Source: Lama glama
Taxonomy: Eukaryota
Length of the DNA stretch: 64,000 nucleotides
Assembly: GCA_028534125.1 (NCBI GenBank)
Contig: CM052817.1
Location: 74,774,001-74,838,000 of the forward strand
Reading direction: 5' to 3'
Part shown: in pieces, positions 13,081 through 26,029 of the stretch
How the letters are laid out: the number at the start of each line of letters is the position of its first letter
Position numbering within the stretch: the stretch's first letter is position 1
Translations under genes and position numbers: made by a program
The notes under the pieces: model-generated
The model's database searches: none
What the model saw: only the letters and a program-made list of their open reading frames with translations
What the model was told of the DNA's origin: nothing

Positions 13081-14939
13081 TTCTTCACAATGAAGTCACC
13101 AGGGAGTATGGTAAGACTTGGAGAGAGAAAAAGAAAACTGAGAGAATAGTTCTACAGCCCTGAATTAATAAGGGCCACGGTCATATATGTGTAACCTTCA
13201 GAGGCCATTCAGAAGCTGTATTAATAATCTGACCAGGGATAAAACAAAGCTCAAAGTGCTAAAAAGTCACAGAGGAAAAGCAAAGAATCATTGAAATTAA
13301 AAAAGAACTAAGTAAGTTATTTCAATATTGTTAAAAATAGCAATCCTGCTTTTTCTTTGAGTTTACTACACCAGACAGTAGACACACTCCAATCAGTAGT
13401 TTGAATTTCTTAGCCACCCTACAGAGCAGGTATTAGTATTAATTTCCTTATCAGAACATGGGGATAATGAATTCAGAAGAAGAGAGTGACTTCCCCAGGT
13501 TACATAGCCGATGGGAGCTTAAGATTGCTTGAATCCAAAGCAAAGTTATTTTCATTCTTTTATGCCCTGTCCTTGTAAACAAATATTATTTACATAGTGC
13601 TGTTTCACCATGAACAAATTTTAAGTCTTTAGTACCGAGAAGAAAAACACTTTGAAAAAAATAAGAAAAATCTATGAAAGCTTCTTTTTATTAGAATTTA
13701 TTTGTAAAAAAATGCAATGTGTGCTCTTTGAGAAAATGAAATTTCGTATGTTGTTAGCAAAGCATATACCAACAGAGAACAGATTGAATAACGAAGAGAT
13801 CCACCAGTTCCTTCATCAGCATGGTCTGCTCTTATAGACAAAGGCTACAGCGTAAGACAGTATGTTACTTGGTATGCAAAGTTGGAAAAGTTATCATCAG
13901 AGGTTTATATATATTTGGAATATTTTATCTGCTTGAGGAAAAACTGAATATATATATATATATGTGCAATCAGTAGGACATTTTCAAGCCAAAAATCCAG
14001 CCTCCAAATAAATTAATGAGGGCAGAAGTAACCAGATAGCAGTATCTGACCAGAGGTACCGCCTTGTGCTCGTCCTAATAGTAACAGTGCTCGAAGTCAC
14101 AACGGCTGACTTTTGAATCTAATATGTCAGTGCCTTTCAGTGCACAGTCCTTGTTGATGTCAACCTAAATACTTTACTTCAGGAAGAACAGAATAATTGA
14201 ACAGATTCTCAAGGCAGTGCTGAGGTTAATAAAAAAAAAGTCACAAATATACAACATAAGGGAAAAATAAGGCTGGTAGGAACTAGTATAGTAATAAAAC
14301 TTGTATCTTTCTCATTAAAAAAGGAAGTGTTCTGAATTTTTTTAAGATGAACATCTCATTGTAAATGCATTTTTTTCATTACCATATAAGGCCCAGTAAT
14401 TGTATCTTGTAAACTGGCCTGGAGGATTGCATGAGGTCGCACAGAGAGAAACTGCTGCAGTGAACACCACTGTCCCTTTCAGCAGGACCTTGCTGCTGCT
14501 AAGTGTGATTTTTTTCCCTTCTCGATGCTAAAGGTGTTTTCCCAGCTGATAGAATTAATGGGGGGAAGGAACTGGAAAGGATGTGACACTAATAATCCAG
14601 GGAATTAAGAAAAAAAAAATCATAGTATCCTTTGCTGCTCAGGGCCATTTTTGCTCACCACGTCTGAAATTACATCCATTGTATGATTGACAGGCATCTT
14701 TCTTTTATCTAGAGAGTCATCTAGATCAAAACAGTAATATAGCTTCGTTGACAAATGCCACAAAGCCGACTTTATTCTCGGGTCCATCTTGAATTTCTGC
14801 TGAGTCACAGGCAGACCACAAATGAACCTGATGCCAATCTCAGAATGATCTTTAATGCTGGGCTGCCCATCTTGGCAACCTTGGTTTTTCAAGGGTATTG
14901 TCCAGTGCTGCGGTGGTACAAACGGATCAGGTAACTCAC

Positions 14940-15083
14940 CACCACTCCCAAGGGGGACATCTTGCTGGGAGAAGTCAATATTATGATTCCCATGCCTACT
15001 TATAAGGTCAAAAGAGTTTTCTGGATATTGAATATTTGGCAAGTTCCAAAAACTAGAGAGAGAAACAAATGGTTTCAAAACAG
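14940..15083 (-). other. Candidate coding exon (144 nt, phase 1-1); frame stays open to a stop at 14620
   Basis: Acceptor ttttactgtattcag|, donor GTG|gtgagt. (A)VLKPFVSLSSFWNLPNIQYPENSFDLISRHGNHNIDFSQQDVPLGSG. Part of the 164-aa non-repeat ORF 14620-15114. Confidence 0.55.
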
Positions 15084-15134
15084 CTGAATACAGTAAAATT
15101 TTATTCCCCCTCAAGTTTCGATAATCAAATACTT

Positions 15135-15154
15135 TGTGTGTGTGTGTGTGTGTG
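15135..15154. repeat. (TG)n microsatellite
   Basis: About 10 TG units. Confidence 0.9.
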
Positions 15155-15899
15155 TATGAAAATCTTGAAAGCTGCTTGAATTTTCATTCCCTTGAAGGGC
15201 CAGGAACTTCTAACGGCTTTCCCTGTGGCTGAGATCAGAGGAGGAAGTACATTGAAGGAGATATTTTCCCTAAGTGACATTGTTTCTAATTCATAGACCC
15301 AGGGATATGAGAATGGGTCATGTGGTTTAAGAAGTCCACAGTATGGAGATTTGCGGAAATAACTGCCCAGGCTGGAAGCGTCATCAGCCTGTCGGGTTGT
15401 TCCCCTGGACGAGCACTTTTATAGTTTGCTTTAAGAGACCACTGTGTAACCTTCACGGGCCAAACATCTGCCCAGCAGCACATGATTAAACTCTCAAACA
15501 TACATAAAAGGAGCCCTGCTGGATATTCTCCTTCAAACTGGCTGATATTTCAGGCTTCGCAGGGTAGTGTGTTTTTATAACAGCTTGCATTGTAAGGAAA
15601 GGCTGTGTAAGTGGAAGAATAAGCAGCAGTGGTTGAAGAAAGGGAACGTGGCAAGCCGCGTGTCTTCCTGAAGCTATGAGAGGCATCTCGGCAATTCAGC
15701 ATTCAGTCATGTTTATTGCAAATTCACATGCATTCCAAATTACCTACCTTGTTCAAAATTATGTGTTGAAGTCTAGCCCTAAAGATGACAGTGTTGAGTA
15801 TTATTTCTCATATAATTTCAGGGGAAGAGAGAGGTTGATACCTACCTTATTATTATCATTATTATTAAGCACAGGTAGGGCAGGTAGTAATGGCGTAGT

Positions 15900-16160
15900 A
15901 CTGAATCACGGTAGGCGATCAGAGTGGATAATCACACAGGTACTGCTATCTGATTCTCTGGGTCCAAACCTCACCTTTTTGATTTTTGTTGGCTGCATGA
16001 CCTTGGGTGAGAGATAAGCCTCACTAAGCCTCAGGTTCTTCATCTGTGAAATGATTGTGATAGTATTTTCCTAATTGGGTACAGGATGTTGTGGGGCTCA
16101 AACCTTGTAAGACATTTTAGACAACACCTGGCAAGTTGCCAGCATTCAACAATTGTTTTT
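15900..16160 (+). mobile_element. MIR SINE
   Basis: catgaccttgggtgag…ctaagcctcaggttcttcatctgtgaaatg. Confidence 0.75.
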
Positions 16161-16639
16161 CTTGCCTTTCCTAACTTCATTAATGCTATCATTTTTCTTT
16201 GGCTGTGTATATATTCATATCAATCAGGTCCTTTGAATTGGTTTACTCTTTATTAAGGAGACTTTGAAAAGCATAATTGACAATATCTGGGTTTGCTGAG
16301 TGTGAGGTGGTAATTTATTTATCGCAGATGGGGTAAAAAGAAGTGACTAGTCACTCGTGCACATCAAGTCTGTCATCTGGCATTCACAAACTTAGTGACT
16401 AGCCCTAGGTGACTCTCTGTATCATTATTTTTTAGACTTGAAGGGCTTACAGTTTTCCTCTACATTTTAGAAGATCTCATCTGGAGGTCTTGTATCTAAA
16501 GAACATACAGATTCAAACAGATTAGATGTCAATTCTCTATTAATGTCTTTGGGTTAGTTAAGAACTTTTGTGTGCTTTTTATTGCCCTTTAGGACAGTCC
16601 TTCCTGAGTGCTCCGTATACTATAGATGAATGCAGAATA

Positions 16640-17200
16640 TGACGGATACTTACTGTGATAGGCAGTAAGCCGTGTACTGGGACATGAGAAATCATGAGAA
16701 AGAGAGCACTCTGACCTTCCAAGAGCTTACTGTCTGATGAAGAAGTAAGTGTAAAGAAGCACAACCAAACGTAGGGAATACTCTTAGGTTTCCATGAGGC
16801 AGATTTTTGGGCAGAAAGGGGTGAATGGTCAAGGAAGGGTTCTTCAAAGAGTTAGTATTTGAGCAGATTCCTAAATGAGAAGTGGTAGTAAACAAGGAAG
16901 AGAGGAATCAGAAAGAAAGGGTATCTTTGGAAAATCCATGGTGTGCTTGGGGAGCCACAGCTTTTATTTTCAGCATTCATGGAGAATACATGAATAGGAT
17001 GGCAGGGCCCTGAGGCTGAGTAAGCAGAGCTACATCACAAAGTGCTGTGCAAGGAAATTTAGTTTTTACTCAAAAGGCAGTTGGAGCCATTGAAAAGCTT
17101 TGAGCAGGTATATTTTGTGACATCTGGTTGTGAGGGAGGGAATGAATTTTGGGGTGGTGGCAGGTAGACTAGTTAGTCATAATCTTAGAGGAGGAGTTAT
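16640..17200 (-). mobile_element. L2 LINE fragment
   Basis: ctgaccttccaagagcttactgtct…gtcaaggaagggttcttcaaagag…ggagccattgaaaagctttgagcagg. Confidence 0.7.
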
Positions 17201-18286
17201 GAGCCAGCTGCTGTGGGTTCTTCGGATTATAAAGTTGTCAAGGAATGTTGCTTCAGATGAGTTGTAAATCTAACTGTATCCAAGAGGAGGAATGGAAAAC
17301 TAATGCTCAGGTAAGCCTTTGTAGCCCTGATTGCTTATTGTCTAAGTATTCATTTTCACATCAGTTTCTCTGGCCCAAAGCGTTTTGATTTTTGTTTTGT
17401 TTTTAAAATATTGATAATTATATTAGAAATTGGAGTAAATAAAAAAATGACTGTCTTACTGGCATTTTGTTTGACCACAAATTTTTCACCAGTTCCCTGA
17501 TGACAAGTCTGTTATCCTTCTTGCCAAACTGTCTAAAACTGAAATGGCCGCACTGTCCAGCAATTTCGCTATGCACATGTATGTATTATCTTATTTCTGC
17601 CATAACAACACTCTTTCAAAAAGTTATTACATATTTTTATGTTAAAGAGCAAACACAGCTTCGAGAGGTATGAAGGAATTTTTCCAGAAAAATATCTTTA
17701 AAATATTGAAGGCGAGTGGGACTGGTTACCAGTGGAAGAAGCATGCAGGCCTGAGGTAGTTTTATGATAAGAAAAAATATATATGTTTATTTATTAAAGA
17801 TATTTTGCCAAATGCCCACATAAGGGTGACAAGCTTCAGTTTAATTTTACTTCTGTGTGTGTGTGCCACTTTAAAGATTATAAAGGGATTCACACAATTT
17901 GTGCTGGTCCCTGGGAATGGGTGGCTTTGATAGTTCACAGAATATTTGGAGACAGGCATGAATACATTTAAGACATTACATTACACGTGTAATATTATAT
18001 ATGTATATATGGCAGAAAGCTCTATGATTCAACAGAGCTCAGAAAAAAATTATTCAGATAGAATTCGAGGGAGGGGAACAATGGTGGTGGTGTCTGAGCC
18101 ACTGTTGAAAATTTTGGAAAGTTTTTCTGTTTTTCTGTTAAAGAAAAGAACTGTAAAACTTTATAACCTCAAAAAAATTAAAGCAGAATCAGTGGAGCTA
18201 CCTAAGCCTAGTTTTTTACCCAAGGCTTTTCTAACTTATAACTGAAATGGGATTTAGAACAAACAAGAAATTCATCATTCATTTAC

Positions 18287-18332
18287 CTTTCATTTGTGCT
18301 GATGCTCCCTTTTTTTCAAGTGTGCTCACATT
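18287..18332 (-). other. Candidate coding exon (46 nt, phase 0-1)
   Basis: ttcatcag|AAT...AAAG|gtaaat; NVSTLEKKGASAQMK. The other two frames have stops. Phase matches the 15083 acceptor. Confidence 0.4.
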
Positions 18333-19719
18333 CTGATGAATTTTTAGGACAAAGAAACTTAAAAATATCTGGGAAATGAGTATCAGCAGCACAAAAAGAG
18401 CCTGAGAGAGCCTTTGGAGTTGATCAGAGGATGAAAACTTCTTAGTTTTATGACTTCTTGAGAGGAGTTTCCTGCTGAGATAGAGACAATAAGTTGTTTT
18501 AATTAGGGTATATTTTATCTGATGGTTAGCAAGAGGAGAACTATACTTCTCCATAGCGACCAGTGAAACTACAAAAAATACATAGAATGTATCAAGAAAA
18601 ATGCACAGCACGATACATTGAATATCTTATCTAAAATGAAGTTATCATTTGAAATTATAATATATCTCTGAGACGGTGTAATCCCTTTGTTTTTATACAT
18701 TTGGTTAATAATGACGGTTTTTAAGAAAAAAAAATCAGTATTATAAGTTAATATACCTGAAAGAGATCTTGTAATAGTCACCGGGCCATGATGTGCAGCT
18801 TCTCTCCTCTTGCACATGGTGAGAAATGCAGGGCTGCTGCTCTGTTAGCACATTAGATGTCAGCTTGACCTTCATTTGTAAAGTCAAAGAGCTCCCTTCC
18901 TCCCCTCTTCCTTCATTCCATGTGTCTATCTTTTTACCTATTGCTTTTTTAGGAAAAAGCATCTTTGTGTGATTTTCTTCCTTCTTTGGGTTTTCCATTT
19001 GAACACTTTCCTAAGCAATGTTAACTTTTTCTTACAGATAATGGTATCATTGGAGGTTATTGCACACAGAGCTATTCTGGCCGTGAACCTGAGGATTAAT
19101 TGGTGGGATTACAGTCTGGAGGACAGGTGGCCATTACGTAGGTCACATATGAGAGCCTGGGGCTTGGGTTGGGTTGATAGCAGTGGAAATGGAAGGAAGA
19201 GATAGTTTTGAAAAGGAGGGAGCAGAGGGACTTGTCAATTGGCTCTTTGAGGAGTGAGAGCTATAGTTGTAGGTAAGGATTCAGCTATCCCTATGATGGG
19301 GAATAAATGGAAAGAGAGTAAAATAGTATAAAGTGGTGGCAGTGGATGTATCTTGGGAGAAAAAAAATTTTTAAAGACATGTCACCTGGACAGTATATCA
19401 TATCGGAGGGACAGCCTTATTATTTCCCTTAGCTGTTCACATAACAAGCAGTCTTAGTAATGATGGGTGGCTGCACTGTCAAGACTGGAGAAGCATGCTG
19501 TCCAATACCATTTTGCTTAGTTTCAATAAAAATTCTTAAGATATGATAAAGGATGTCAAGGAGAAGGTAGACACCAATTAGCCAATTCTGATTAATTTTT
19601 GTCAAGATAAAATAAAATTCCCTTCTTCTGCATGCACAGGTGTGTATGTGTATGACTCCTGATTACAGTTATTACAGCCATAACTAAACTATGAAACACT
19701 TCCTCAGTCGCAGACAGCA

Positions 19720-19915
19720 CACAAAACGCTAATAAGCATGATCACATTCACTCCTCACAGCAACCTTTGAAGCCTTATTATTTCCTTTTCATAGATGAGG
19801 ACACTAAGGCTCAGAAAGATGACAAAATTTGCTGAACTTCCCAAAGCTGCCTGGTAAATGTTAGAGCCAGGATTCTAACTCAAGTCGTCTGACTACAGAG
19901 TCTCAGTTCTTAAAA
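19720..19915 (-). mobile_element. MIR SINE
   Basis: tcctcacagcaacc…atagatgaggacactaaggctcagaaag…agagccaggattctaactcaag. Confidence 0.75.
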
Positions 19916-22900
19916 AAATATGCTTTACTTTCAAGGGACATAACTTCTTTATGGATTTACTTCATCTCCAACTTCTTCACATCATGTGGAGAGTGCAGGA
20001 CTCATTGAAATGCAAAAACGTAGTGTATCACAACTTCTTAATCAGGGTAGAGAGAATACTTGCGGTCTGGATTTTTGTGGGGAAACATGGAAGGGTTTCT
20101 CCTCCTTCTCCAAGAGCATAAAATGTGGAGGCATCAGAGCTGCCATATATGCATTTAATTTAGTGATATTTCTCTTGAGGTAATTCCTTCATAGGCTGTA
20201 ATATTTCTTGGTGCTGCTTTAGCACAAGGAGCTATAGAGATTTCCCCTCTTACTTGATCTTTCAGATATGAATTGCTTTACCTCTTCTCTACCTCGCAAA
20301 TTTCTACTCTTTCAACAAGACTCAGGTCAGACTGGATTTCTTCATAATCCCAGGGAGTTAGTAGCTCTCTTTCTGCGATTATCTAGTACTCTGTGTAAGA
20401 CTCTCACAACGTGTTACTCTGAGCAATCGGATCACGAAGGCAAAGATCATACGCCCTGGTATTTCCTATTGCCTGACTCGTAGTAGAAATGTATCAGAGA
20501 TTGTTGAGCTAATGTATAAATAAAACGTAGGTGTATCTCAGAGTACCACCGTGAGCCTTTCAAGTTTGAATTTAACAGCCCTTTGTTCTAAGGATCACGA
20601 ATGACTTTTGGAAGTCCTGAGGTACTATAGAGATTTGGTGAACAAAACACTTCATTTATGGGCCAAATGAAACTGTCAAAGTAATTTTACTTGAAAGCCA
20701 TAATGCACATTGCCTGACTACATTTTAAAAAATATGACTGTTGATGGTGCCGTCTTCAATTTTTTCTTTCCTATTCTGAATCTATTCTTGATTGCCCTGA
20801 GTATCATCTTGCTGTTCAGAGAGATGTCCAATTATATTTAATTGCATCACTTTCACACTTAAAATTTCCACCATGGCCAATTTTTCTGTGTTCCTGGATG
20901 GCTTTCTGAGTAATCTATTATTTTTTTAATTTCCAATTTGAAACAATGACATGCTCAATTTGCTTCTTATGTTTGTCTAAATATAAATGTCTGCAGATAT
21001 CAATTGCCTTTATCCATTCTAGCAAAATTGTTTAATTCACTTTAATTATAAATTTGCTATGTTTTTGCTCGGACCAGGCACACTGTGAGATTCAACAGTT
21101 TTCTTGCTGTAACAATGCTATTTCTCAGATGGCAAGTTACTGAGCCAGAACAATCAAATGACCTGAGTAGTTAGCCGAGGGGGATAATGGATGCAAAGGA
21201 AGGATTTATTTGGCACACTTAGCCCAAGGTGATTATCTTTTTTGTTTTTTCTCCCTTTGGAAAAGAATAAGTTTTATACACTACCAGGCAGAAATGATAA
21301 AAAGAATCTTTTTTTTTTCTAACTTCTGATTTTAAGTAACGTATTTAGACTTATTCCTGAAACTTCAGTGAAATCAGTTTCTCTGAATGAAGTTATGCTT
21401 TCATCTACATATAAGTAGAGAGAAAACCCTCTTCTGTGCCTTCTAACAATGGATAGAAAAGGCCTTGCCTGGCAACGGAAGCTGACTCAAGTATCAGCAG
21501 ATGAGATAGTCACATAATTTTCTCCAAGTTGAACTCACTGCCTATCGCGTTTCCAACCAGAGGCAAATACTTAATCGTGAGTCAGTATGTCAGCAGTTAA
21601 CCATCTAAGCAGCTGCTGTTAGAAGGTTACCATTTGCACAGAATTTTATCTTTCCCCCAAGTACATTGAAATCACAGTAAATTATAATAATTTATAACCA
21701 GTTGTTTCAGCAAGCATTTCCTGAGCCCCAACTACATGCTAGCGCTACATCGGTCTGCGGAGGTTAAAGCACATGACAGAGTACGCACCGCCCTCGGGCA
21801 GCTCGCAATCTACGGCGGCCCCCGGGCATCACCCACACTAACACCAGCGAGATGGCTGCTGTTAAGGAGACTTTCAGAGAGCTAATGAAGGCCATCGGAG
21901 TGACCTACCCAGGGCCACAACTGGCGGGGGCCAGTCAGGTGTTAAACCTTTGCCCTAGACATCATCAGAGCTAGTGTAAGACTTGAACTCCTAATCTACC
22001 TCCTGCCACGAGTAAAATGCACAAAGGTTTCAACACTGATAGAAAGTGTCAGAAAGACTGAAGATTAATTTCTTCGTTTTAATGCTTAGAAACAGAGCAA
22101 ACAGCATTTCCTAAGCCTCAACTTTCTCATCTCAAACTACAAAATTCTACCTTATAATGTTGTTGTGAAGACTTAATATATTCAGTAATCTTTGTACATC
22201 ATCCTCAGTAAATGGTGACTTGATTTTAGTAAGGCTTTGTATATGAACTTTGTAATAGTACAAGATTGAAGGAAAAAATAGAGAATTTTCTACAAAGACT
22301 TTAGCTCTTCCTTACTTAATTGCAGTCCAATACAGCTTCTAAATTTAGAATGCATGTTTGGAAAAATCTGTAATCTGTCCCATAGAAAGCTGAGGAACAG
22401 TCTGGAAGTAATCTTGGTCACAGTGACCTCCCTCTGGCCTTTGCTGCCTTTCTTCTTTCCCTTTCTCCTTCCATCCCTACTTTCCCCTTCTTTCTTTCCC
22501 CCTTTCTGCACTTGGGGTACATTTTATTTGTCTCTGTTAAGGGAATTATTATCTCCAGTCTTCTTGGGAGAAGGGGAAATAGAAAGGCAGCACAGAGGAG
22601 GAACAGGGCTTACAGTTTCAAAAGGAACCTGGTTCGTGCTTATCTATTCTGGAATCTGAGGAAATTGAACTCTGAGAGTGCAAATATCAACGTTTCTAGT
22701 AGTCAGTATTTTGAGGGAGTCAAGGAATGAGCAGAAACAGCATCAAACAAAAGAAAACCAGACAAACTGAACCAAACAAAGCCCCATGCATGTTTTCTTC
22801 CTGCTCTTGGAAGTTACACCTACCTGCTAGTCACAGCTGAATAAGCAAAACCTTCAGCCTAAAATCTATATATTTAAATTATTACCACATAAATGATTAT

Positions 22901-24846
22901 TCTCCTGATGCACTTTGCAGTTAACGTGTTTGTTTAAGGAAGGAATATATTAACTTTAAGCAAAAAGGATTTAAAATGTCAGTAATTTGAGCAATTCCTT
23001 TAACAAAATTCTATACTTTTAATTAAAAGAGACTATTTCTTTTCAGGAGGTGAATTATCCCAATTTCAATTGTTCCCTGTTCCTCTTGTTTTTCTTCTCT
23101 TTAATGGAATCATTAGACAACTAGGGTAGAACTTCATGGATTTTAAAGAAAATCTTTCACCTGTAAATTCTTTCTCAATTTTCTATGTGCAAGAAGAAGG
23201 GATTTGTTGTGCGCCACGAGCAGAAGGGGGATTACTAAATGACATTTTCAATTGTTAGTGTTCTGTATGATTTAGAGACATTGAATTTAGTGGGTTCAAT
23301 TTTAATCTGTTTTACAAGAAAGTGTCACTGTGTATCATGTGAAAAATATACTTTCTCAACTGGTACACAAAACATGAAAATACTGCTTTTAACCTTTCAA
23401 TATATCTCCTAGAGTAAAAACAAAAACTTTGTCTTTACTTTTCAAGTTAGGCAGACTATTTTTTCCACACTCTTCACCTTAGATTAATTATGATGTCTGA
23501 AAATCACTGGCTGTCCTATCATTTAATATGCTTCTTGTTTTAATGTTTACATATCATGATGAGAAAGCATTTGACTTCTGCAATGCAGTTTTATCTTAAT
23601 TAGGGTAAGTAAAGCACTTTATCATGTCCAAATAAAATATAGTGTTTTTTAAAATTTATTTTATTGAGGTAACATTGGTTTATAACATTATATAAGTTTC
23701 ATAGCTTATCAACAAGATTTATCCAGAGTTGATGACCCAAGTACATCCTGAAAAAATGCTTAGTATTACATTATACTTGCCTCCAGCATCTTTTGATAAT
23801 GGAGACTTAATGCAAATAGACATTGAAAGTTAATGTCATAACATGGTGGAGTTCGGCAATTTACAAAAAGCACCTATAGCTATTTTCCATAAAAACACAC
23901 GTGCGAAGCATTTGCAGCCTTCACATTACACAAAATTACTAAAAGCAACGCTGAGAATTTAGGAGGAGTTATATCCTATACCAGTCAGTGTCTCTTTTTC
24001 ATTGCTGCCTGCCATTTCTTAATCGAAATGTCTTTCTCCTGTGTAGAATTAGCCTTTTTTGGAGCCAAATTGAAGACTGAAACTGTCATTATTGTTTACA
24101 CTTTGGAATTGTTTTCCCAAAGGACTGTAATCAGTTTGCTTTTAAAGACTAAGTGATAAGTTTGAAAGAGAGTGATGGGCAGAAAATTAAAAATAAAAAG
24201 ATTGTGAAATGAAACTATATAAAACAGCTTGAAAAATTGTCTTATCAGATTTGGCCAATTAGTCTGAAGCAAGCTCTAAATTCATACTCTTATAAATGTC
24301 AAATCATTATGTGTATCAGAAGTGGTTCAATTTTAGCCCATTCACATGCCTATGATTTAGAAAAATAAGTGGAAGACACCTGGCGACGAACATTCCAAAA
24401 TGACCTTATTTACAGCTAATCAATATTGGACAACAACCACATGGCTTATTATTTTTTATTTTTCAGTTATGCTTGCCTCTAAATGAACAGGTTTGGGGAA
24501 GCTAAGGAATGAATTTGAGTTGGCAGGACAACAGGAAACAAGTCTTTTTTGTATTGACACCTTTCTGACTAGAGATAGGTAATTTGAGAAGTAGCCCTCC
24601 ATTTAAATCCTCTCTTCAAAATTACTAAAATCACTTAGTAATGGCGTATGGTAATAAAGTATCCCATTGTCTCATATTCCAATGCTTAGATGAAACATTT
24701 TACTGTCATGAAACTAATACCTCTGTATGTCTAAAGATAGAATTTCTGAGTGTTCATTTACACTACATGCACATATACACACACATCTGTAAATTGGGCA
24801 GTCGGTTTTGAATAAAATTAGTCTATCCACATATCGTAACACTTAC

Positions 24847-25038
24847 CCTTTTTGAGTCTGATGCATCAGTGAAACTTGATTTTCGTCAAACTCTTCCAAG
24901 TCCGAGTCATGGTGTAAAAGAATGTATTTTTCCTGCTTGTCTGCTTCCATCATTTTTATTTCTGAAAGTCTTGATTCGATAATCTCCGAAAGTCTGCTTA
25001 AATCTTCAGGTGGTTTTAAAGGTATGCCTATTTGTATC
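24847..25038 (-). other. Candidate coding exon (192 nt, phase 2-2)
   Basis: tgtcatag|G ... GG|gtaagt. Single open frame IQIGIPLKPPEDLSRLSEIIESRLSEIKMMEADKQEKYILLHHDSDLEEFDENQVSLMHQTQK; length divisible by 3; several retained CpGs. Confidence 0.55.
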
Positions 25039-25774
25039 CTATGACAACATTTGGGGGAAAACTTCAGGGCAGACGGCTTAATAGTCTGAGCTCCCAGTTT
25101 AGTGTTAAGTCCCAAACCCAGGTGGCCTGTGGGGCTCTTCTGTCACTGCAGGTAGGATTTCAGTCCCACCTTCACAGGACTGCCTGTGGGGAGGCGGAAG
25201 GAGAGAGCAAGTCCAGCGAGATAAAGGACTCCTGTGAGGAGAGGGGGCGAGAAATTCAATATCTATAAATAGCCAACAAAGCCTGGGGTAGATTTTCCCC
25301 TACATTTTTCTTTCATCTGAAATTGTTATTTTACCAAAAAAAAAAAAAAAGAGTTTTTAAAAATGGGGGAAAACCACAGTGGCATCTTGAGATTCCATAC
25401 TCTGTGAGACACATTTAATTCACAGACTCACACTGAGTAATAGCATTCATGAGCCAGATTTCTTTCACTCTAGTTCAGGTGATTGTAGTCTCCTGGCTCC
25501 TGTGATAATTTTTATTCACGTCAGAATGCAAATTCTTTCAGATAACATTTAAAAAAAATCTTCATTCTGAAATGTAACCTTGGCAATAATAGATTAATAC
25601 ATATGTGTTGCATATAAATAGAGCTCATTACTCAGATGATTATTGACAAAGGTTAGGAAATGAGTAGATTTCTCCTATATTTCTCCATTTCTTTGTAACT
25701 TGTTGCTTCTGTTTATCTTGTAGGGATGGTTACTTACACATGCAGCTGCTGTCTTTTCACCTTTCTCTTAGAGA

Positions 25775-25960
25775 CATAGTTCTCAGTCCTGCCTGAACAT
25801 TACACTCATCTGGGGAGTGTTTAAAGCATACCAATGACAGGGCCCCAAGCCAGTTAAATTAAAACAGAATTTTTGAAGGTAGAGCCTATTTGTATTAAAA
25901 AGAAAAAAAAAACTTTCTAAGTAATTCCAAGATCCAGCTCATACTAAAAAATACTGCCTT
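25775..25960. mobile_element. MER5-like DNA transposon
   Basis: gttctcagtcctgcctgaacattacactcatctggggagtgtttaaagcatacc…gggcccca. Confidence 0.6.
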
Positions 25961-26029
25961 AAAACTCTGTTTTCAGTTGTTGCTTATTAGGTAACGTTTT
26001 TGGTTGCATTCATCGTAAATCTACTCTTA

